This document shows positions 57,617 through 64,000 of a stretch of 64,000 bases of DNA, one piece after another. Source of the DNA: Kudoa neothunni (lineage: Eukaryota > Animalia > Cnidaria); contig OZ199839.1 of the NCBI GenBank assembly GCA_964304625.1, positions 4,978,837-5,042,836 of the forward strand, in the 5' to 3' direction. A model generated the notes under the pieces. The model was not told the origin of the DNA. It did not search any database and was given only the letters and a program-made list of their open reading frames with translations. Positions within the stretch are counted from its first letter, which is position 1, and each line of letters begins with the position of its first letter. A program made the position numbers and the translations under genes.

Positions 57617-58673
57617 ATGGAAAACGCTGGGTTCGATTATTCCAACTGCAAACGCAACAACTGGCTCGAAAAATCTACCGGCGTTTCCAACCTACCCAAG
57701 GCTAAGAAAACCGGAACAACTATTGTTGGAGTTGTTTTTAAAGATGGCGTGGTTTTGGGTGCTGACACACGCTCAACAATGGTTCCTATTTGTGATTAAG
57801 TCGGTTGATGAAATAAATTGAACATAGGGTTCAATAATTGCTGATAAAAACTGCGAGAAAATTCATTACATAGCCCCAAATATTTAGTAGATTGATGAGC
57901 TGGGAGCGGTGGTTTATTTGTTTTGTAGTTGCTGTGGAGCTGGAACTGCCGCAGATACTGAAAATGTAACCAAAATGATTTCTGCAGAGCTTGAGCTGTT
58001 GAGAATGAATGAGAACAGAAGTGTAAGTGGTGGTTTGAATTGATGTCATTGACAACCTGATTTTAGTCGCGTGTTATAACCGCCCTTAAGTCACTTAAGG
58101 ATCATTTATTCAAGTGATTGATTTTCGTTCATAACGAATTAACGCATTATTGATCCAGATATCAAGGACATATTGGAGCTGCTATGATTCTTGGAGGGGT
58201 TGATTGTTGTGGGCCTCATCTTTATAGTTGTTCACCGCATGCCCATTCGGACAAACTTCCATACACTACGATGGGATCTGGTTGCTTAGCTTCTATGGCT
58301 TTTTTTGAAAAGAACTACAGAGAAGATATGGACGAAGAACAAGCGTGTAGATTTGTTATTGATGGTATCACTGCTGGTATCGAAAATGATTTGGTAATTT
58401 ATTCTCCGCTTGTGTCTGTTTGATGTTGACTGTTTTTAACTCTTCTTTTAGGGTTCCGGTAGCAATGTTGATTTGTGTGTTATAAAATCTAGCGGAGTTC
58501 GATTCCTAAGGAACCACGAAATTGTCGGTTATAGAAGAGACCAATTCAATTACGAGTTCGTAGAAGGAACTACCGCGGTGTCTAAGAAATCTGTTTACCC
58601 TCACATCGAGGTTGATATTGTTGCAACCAGTTCCACTGTCTATCAGGAATATGCCGAAGTTGCTATGGAATAA
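57617..58673 (+). CDS. PSMB7: 20S proteasome subunit beta 2 (trypsin-like)
   Basis: Propeptide [10 protein letters not shown]...KKTG followed by catalytic [19 protein letters not shown]; [10 protein letters not shown]; [11 protein letters not shown]; GIENDL|GSGSNVDLC; alternative in-frame ATG at 57602. Confidence 0.96.
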
Positions 58674-59228
58674 ACTCGATTTTCTTATTATATAAACCTA
58701 TCACACTATTTCGATTGTAGTGGTTTCTGTGTAGTGTTTAAATAAATGTTTTTCATTTGAAAAATTCACACTTTTCTAAGTTAACAACAATCTAAGCTGA
58801 CCAAAGAGTTCCTCATAGTCGCTTTGTTTATTTGTTTAATTTTCTTGGAATGACGCGTAGGCGGATAATTAACTTTTTATAAGTACATCAAGCGACTTCT
58901 GTGTTTAAATTCCATCATTTTACACAACTTAGGTTTGCTACTATAAATGTTATGATTTTTTTTCTATTTATCTTTATAGTTTGCTATTGTACTAATCTGT
59001 TTGTAATTAACAATTTGGATTTAATATAGTCCAAAGTATTAGTTTTGATGTTTTTGTACATTATTTAACCTTATTAAGTCATGAGAATGTAATAATTTTT
59101 ATTTCCCTCATGCCTGCGACTGTTGCAAACCGACCTTTATTTTGTTACACTGTTTGTTAGAAACCGAGTAACTAGTTTCACTAATCGGACCGCTAACAAC
59201 ATCCTACGCTTTGCTAATTTCTGACAGC

Positions 59229-60146
59229 ATGAGATTCACTCTCTTACTATTCTGCTTAGTTTCTGTTGCTTCTAATGCTCCTGTTCCAAATCAAAGTATT
59301 TATAATGACTTATTTATCGCACCCTGTAATTCCCCACAGACGTTGTTAATATTCACCGGGTATCTGGTGCACCCATTACTGTGGACGCTGATAAGAAGTT
59401 CTGTTTCTCATGGAACTTCAATATTGATCCTGAAAAAGTTATGCTTGTTGGAATTCAAGCATCTAAAGATGACAAAACTTACGAAATTGCAAACAAAATA
59501 TTACTTAAAAATGAATTCTCAATCATCGATGAAACGATGCAAAAATATGGAATTAAACTAAATAACACCATTTTTTGCATTGAAGCTATGCCTAAACATT
59601 TGGATGGATACACTTTGGAACTCTTCATTAACTATAATCCTCCAAATCAAGGATTACCCAAACTAGAACTATTTCCAATAGGAGAAATAAAAATAAGTAA
59701 CTTATACACAAATATGATAATTAAATATTCTTAATTATTATTTAGTGACAACTATGGGCTCAACTGATAGAAAGAAAGGTAAGAATGTTATGAAATAAAT
59801 AGCTTAATTCAAATTAAGGCACTCTACTAATGGTCCCTCTAACAGTATTAGGAGTAATAGCACTCCTGTCCGTAATAGTGATCATGTAGTTAAAAAGAAT
59901 GTGAGATTTCAATTATAATATAAAATCTAGAGTTTGGCAAATAAAAAGTTATCAATCAGTTCAAAAAAGCGCGATGCTTTTGACCGACTTGAATGAGGAT
60001 GAGGAAAAGAAAAAGAAATCATCTTATGTAGCAGATTATTAATTAAACAATTAAATATATGTAATTAGGTGGTATTGGCACAAAAAATCCTGGGACCGGA
60101 TGAGATTGATGAGAGCGGATTACCGAAGAAATCAAATTGGATTTGA
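59229..60146 (+). CDS. Orphan type I membrane protein: signal peptide, single Ig-like domain, TM helix, ITIM-bearing tail (6 exons)
   Basis: MRFTLLLFCLVSVASNA signal; beta-rich exon 59340-59696 flanked by phase-1 introns; TM TLLMVPLTVLGVIALLSVIVIIVW; tail ...KKSSYVVL...KSNWI*. Confidence 0.75.
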
Positions 60147-60359
60147 CGACAGTTGTTCAATTCAAAAGCTGTTTTATAACCAATTCAAATTATAAATATA
60201 TATTCTATTTAATTATATGAATGTTCAGCGCACTTATATATATCATTATTACAAACAAAAAATTAGATTCTCATAAACATCATTAATTATCGTGCATAAT
60301 CGATACACTTCGCAATTCCCTGTGAAGCAAAGTTTGGTTTAAATTTGGTTCGGAGAATT

Positions 60360-62186
60360 ATGCCAGATAAATTAACTATGCTTGTTTTGGGTGGGTTGTC
60401 TGCGGGTGCAATTTTATCAGTTGGAACGTTTGTGTATTGTCAACTACGTCGACCGAAAATTGACCCAAAAATGATGATGGTTGATAAAAAGCGATATTTA
60501 GGCATGATAAATATGATTATTTTACTCTAAATTGTTGAATTAGATCTAATAGAATCGCTGAGTGTAACAAAAGGAGAATTGGAACTGGTTATGAAAAATA
60601 TGGTCGCTAATGGTAACGTATTAGTAAAATATGTGGCTTACTAAGGGAAACGTAGGCAGCACTGATTATTTGTACAATGAGGCGTTGTATAATGCCCTCA
60701 AAAATTCACTCAAAAATTTACAGCGTTTTGCGTTATTTTCCGACCAATTGTAATTTGTATTCGACGTCTTTAAAGTAATTAATATTGAGTAGAACATCAG
60801 ATGCTGAGGATTTCGGAACTCCTCCCTCAGGCTCAGTAGAAGGTGTCATTCGTGAAGAATATGGTGGTTTGGTTTCCGATGTATGTGGCGCTATTCACAA
60901 TGTTCTAATTTACCATTTATTTAAGTCTTTCTGGGTTATTTCCAATGACGGTTTCCACAACAAAGAGTTTTACGAATTGTGGAGATTTCACATGGAAAGA
61001 AATAGGTATCTTAATCAATTTCTACGTATTTATTATTAGTTTTGTAGAAAATTGGATTATTATGTGAACTGTGCCATCGAATATGGTCAAAATCCGATTA
61101 GAATACGAACTGTTAGGTACTTTCTTAACTTTTTAAAAATAATTGGATTTCTTTCTTTTATTTTAAATTTTCTAGATATTTTTTATGCATGTGCAAATTA
61201 TAAATTTTAAATGACAAAAATTCTTTTTATTAACTATATATATATAAGATATTTTAGCGCTATAAAAAACAACGAGAGTTAATTTGTAACAAAATGAAAA
61301 ATTAATTTTAATACATTTCTAATAGAACGTCGATGCTCCACTTAAACGATGATGTCGACTACGTTATAAAAGTGATAGCAATGCGAGGAGCCTTCAATCT
61401 GTTGAATGACAATCTTTCGAATGTGAACTGGTTTATTGAAACGTTAAGGAATTGTTTTGTTGAAATATTGGAAATTGCCAAAAAAGTATATTCTCTTATT
61501 GATTGATAAAGTTTGAAATTAATTCCATTTTTACAGCCAACCGCTCAGTTTGATTTTGCACTTGAGGATTTGGTATCGTTTGCTATGGATTCCAAAAACG
61601 GCAAACAAATCGAGGAAGAATTGATCGAGGCACATATCGGCGATTTTAACGTTTACGACGTGGTTGTGGACTTTATGATACTGGATTCGCTTGCTGACCT
61701 CGACTGTTTACCTACTCCTATTTTGTCAGTGACCAAAAGTCGCTTTATAACTCGTTCACTCCGTGAAAATGTAATTTACTTAAATACTATTCTTAGTTGA
61801 TTGTGAATAGGCATTTTGTACCTTGGTTTGGTCATACATACAAAGCAAAGCTAAAAAACTCAAAGTGCTCAATTGAAAAATAAAAAATTTGTAAAATGCT
61901 AAAATTTTAGAGCCCTAATGGTTTCCTAGCTAAATATTACAATTTGTGCCATACAATCAGCCCCGTGCTTGCATGGGGATTCCTCGGAGACAGTGGCTCT
62001 CTTAATAATGCATGCAATTGTTTCAAGAACAGTATAATGAAGTTTATTGTGAAGATATTTGACGAAAACAAAGTTCTGTATGAGAATAAGTTCGATTTGG
62101 CTGACGATATTTTAAAATCGGCCAAGAAAACTCATAGAGAGCTAGCCGCACAATTCAAAGCTTTAAAAGAAGCCGCTGAGAACTGA
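60360..62186 (+). CDS. MIGA: Mitoguardin (FAM73), mitochondrial outer-membrane lipid transfer protein
   Basis: N-terminal TM anchor; RTVRTSML...DYVIKVIAMRGAF; FNVYDVVVDFMILDSLADL; GFLAKYY...ISPVLAWGFLG. Confidence 0.92.
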
Positions 62187-62328
62187 TTTGCACGTAATCC
62201 TGTATTTATTATTTTGTAAATGAGAAAATTGCTTTATTTTAAATTGGCTGTTTTTTCTCTGCACAAAAAATCGCGATTATTATAAATAATTGTTGGTTAC
62301 AACGTAACCGCATTAAAAGTTTAAATTG

Positions 62329-62950
62329 TTAAAAAAAATCGGAAGTATCCTTGTCAAAAAGACTGTGCAGATTGATAGTGCCATCGGTTCCCGCGGAAAT
62401 CACAGTAGCCGAATCGATTAGCAATGCTGTCACGGTTTCCTTGGAATCTTTTCCGGAATGAGTAAACTCGGTTATGAGAATAAGATCGAAATGTGTGATT
62501 CTCCAAATCTAAACAAAAATAATTAGAATATCGATAAAAAATAAATTAATAAAACTTTTATTATATTATCAACAGAAGCTGTAGCAACCAAGTCGCCATC
62601 AACCGAAATCAACCTAACAGGACCTTTATGTGCGTTTTGAGCGGTAAAGTAGACGGATTTTGATTGTAAATCGAATAAATCTATTTATGATTAACCAAAA
62701 ATGATAAATACACGATAGATACATAAATTTCCACTTTTCCCACCAATAATAATACATTGATCAAGGTAATAGTAGTAAATACGCGAATATTCTATTTCTT
62801 CGATCTTCGAATCTAAAAATATTTGAGTAATTTAAGAAAAATTAGTAAATAAAAATATTAGTTTGAAAAAATTAGAATTAACTAGAGAATTTTGTAACTT
62901 TAGTCTGGGTTTTAAATTGTTGATCTAATTTGCTAAATCGAAATTTCTTA
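62329..62950 (-). CDS. WD40-repeat protein, 3' exons only; 5' end unresolved
   Basis: Spliced IIIGGKSGNL|YLFDL...NAHKGPVRLISVDGDLVATASVDNIIK|IWR...VTALLID...VISAGTDGTINLH; TAA at 62329-62331. Confidence 0.75.
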
Positions 62951-64000
62951 ATGGCGTGAGCATATCCATTTTGTTAATTCTCGAACTTTCTTTAATTAGT
63001 GCGGAATTTAAGATAAGAACAAGATGTATGTAGTTCGCTTTGGTTATAAAACAAAAATTAACAAGTATAAAAAATGGACAAAATATATATTTGTAGACAT
63101 GCGCGAAAATAAATTAAAATTTCAAGGTTTTAAAGAAGAGAGCTAATGTAATTAATGAAAAAAATATCCTTTCCTTGTAAAAATTATTAAATGGATTTTT
63201 AATACCTAAATTCTATTCATAGAGCAAGATAAAAAAGGTTAATACTATTCGATCGTCAGAACGGAACAAAGAGTGTCAAGTAACTAGTTTACGTACTTTT
63301 CCCCCAATTTCGAAGGAATAAGTAAGTGTTGATTATTGTAGTTGAAAATTAGTTTCACAAGATATGATTTAATTAAAATAAATAAAGCTTTCAAATATTT
63401 AGAAATATTAACATAAAATACCCCTAAAAGCCAAAAAATATAATTTCATAAATATATTAATACATTTTTAGCGTAGATTATATAAGTATAAACGGAAATA
63501 ACTTGATTTTTTCAGGCCAGGTGCTTTTTTAATTCGTAACAGGTATACTGATCAAATTTTAATATTTTAATTAAAACATTTGCTTAAAAATAACCGATAA
63601 AAATCGTCTCACGCACATTATAATCCAGGTAGGCAATTTAAAAAATGAAAATTGTATAATTTTTAATTAAAATATTTTGATTCACTGTGGTATGCGCGCG
63701 CTTACACATAAATAATTAAAAAATAATGTCATAAGTTTTCATAAAGGCAATGTTAATTCACAACTAAATTTTTATTTAGAAATTCAACCTAAATATGCAA
63801 ACACAATTATTTTTAAAAGATTAAGATGTTTAAAAATAGATATCATTTACTCATAATTGATTTATGATAGAGTTAAAAACAATACATAAAATTAAGTTTA
63901 ATTTTTCTATAAATTATGTGGAAGTTATAAATATGAGAATATTTCTTTCAAAGTTATTTCTTATGTCTCGCCAACTTAGATTTAAGTATGCACGCGCGGC

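Overview
This window is AT-rich eukaryotic DNA, almost certainly from an animal with a compact, fast-evolving genome. Most introns are 35-60 nt GT-AG with weak donors, and the proteins are very divergent. A reduced parasite such as a myxozoan or orthonectid would fit, but the taxon cannot be fixed from the sequence. I reconstructed spliced genes by eye: a divergent forkhead protein, NFKBIL1, RPL21, a complete IP3 receptor (12.2 kb), a short ATRX-like protein, PAPS synthase, PSMD6/RPN7 head-to-head with MSH6, an unassigned multi-exon gene, MCEE, PSMB7, a single-Ig type I membrane protein, mitoguardin (MIGA) and the 3' part of a WD40 gene. Intergenic space holds decayed DNA transposons: a MULE with TIRs and a 9-bp TSD, a hAT, a piggyBac remnant, a pogo/Tigger with a nested insertion, a Helitron and MITEs. 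Five observations stand out. (1) The ATRX-like gene is intact but every SNF2 ATPase motif I could align (I, II, III, V, VI) is degenerate, suggesting a pseudo-remodeller. (2) The intact Fox gene has lost its DNA-recognition helix residues. (3) An orphan Ig receptor has a non-canonical Ig core and an ITIM. (4) The PSMD6/MSH6 bidirectional promoter may be only about 32 bp, or the transcripts are trans-spliced. (5) A GCGCRYGCGC-type motif recurs at gene starts. There are no prokaryotic features, CRISPR arrays or recognisable rRNA/tRNA genes.
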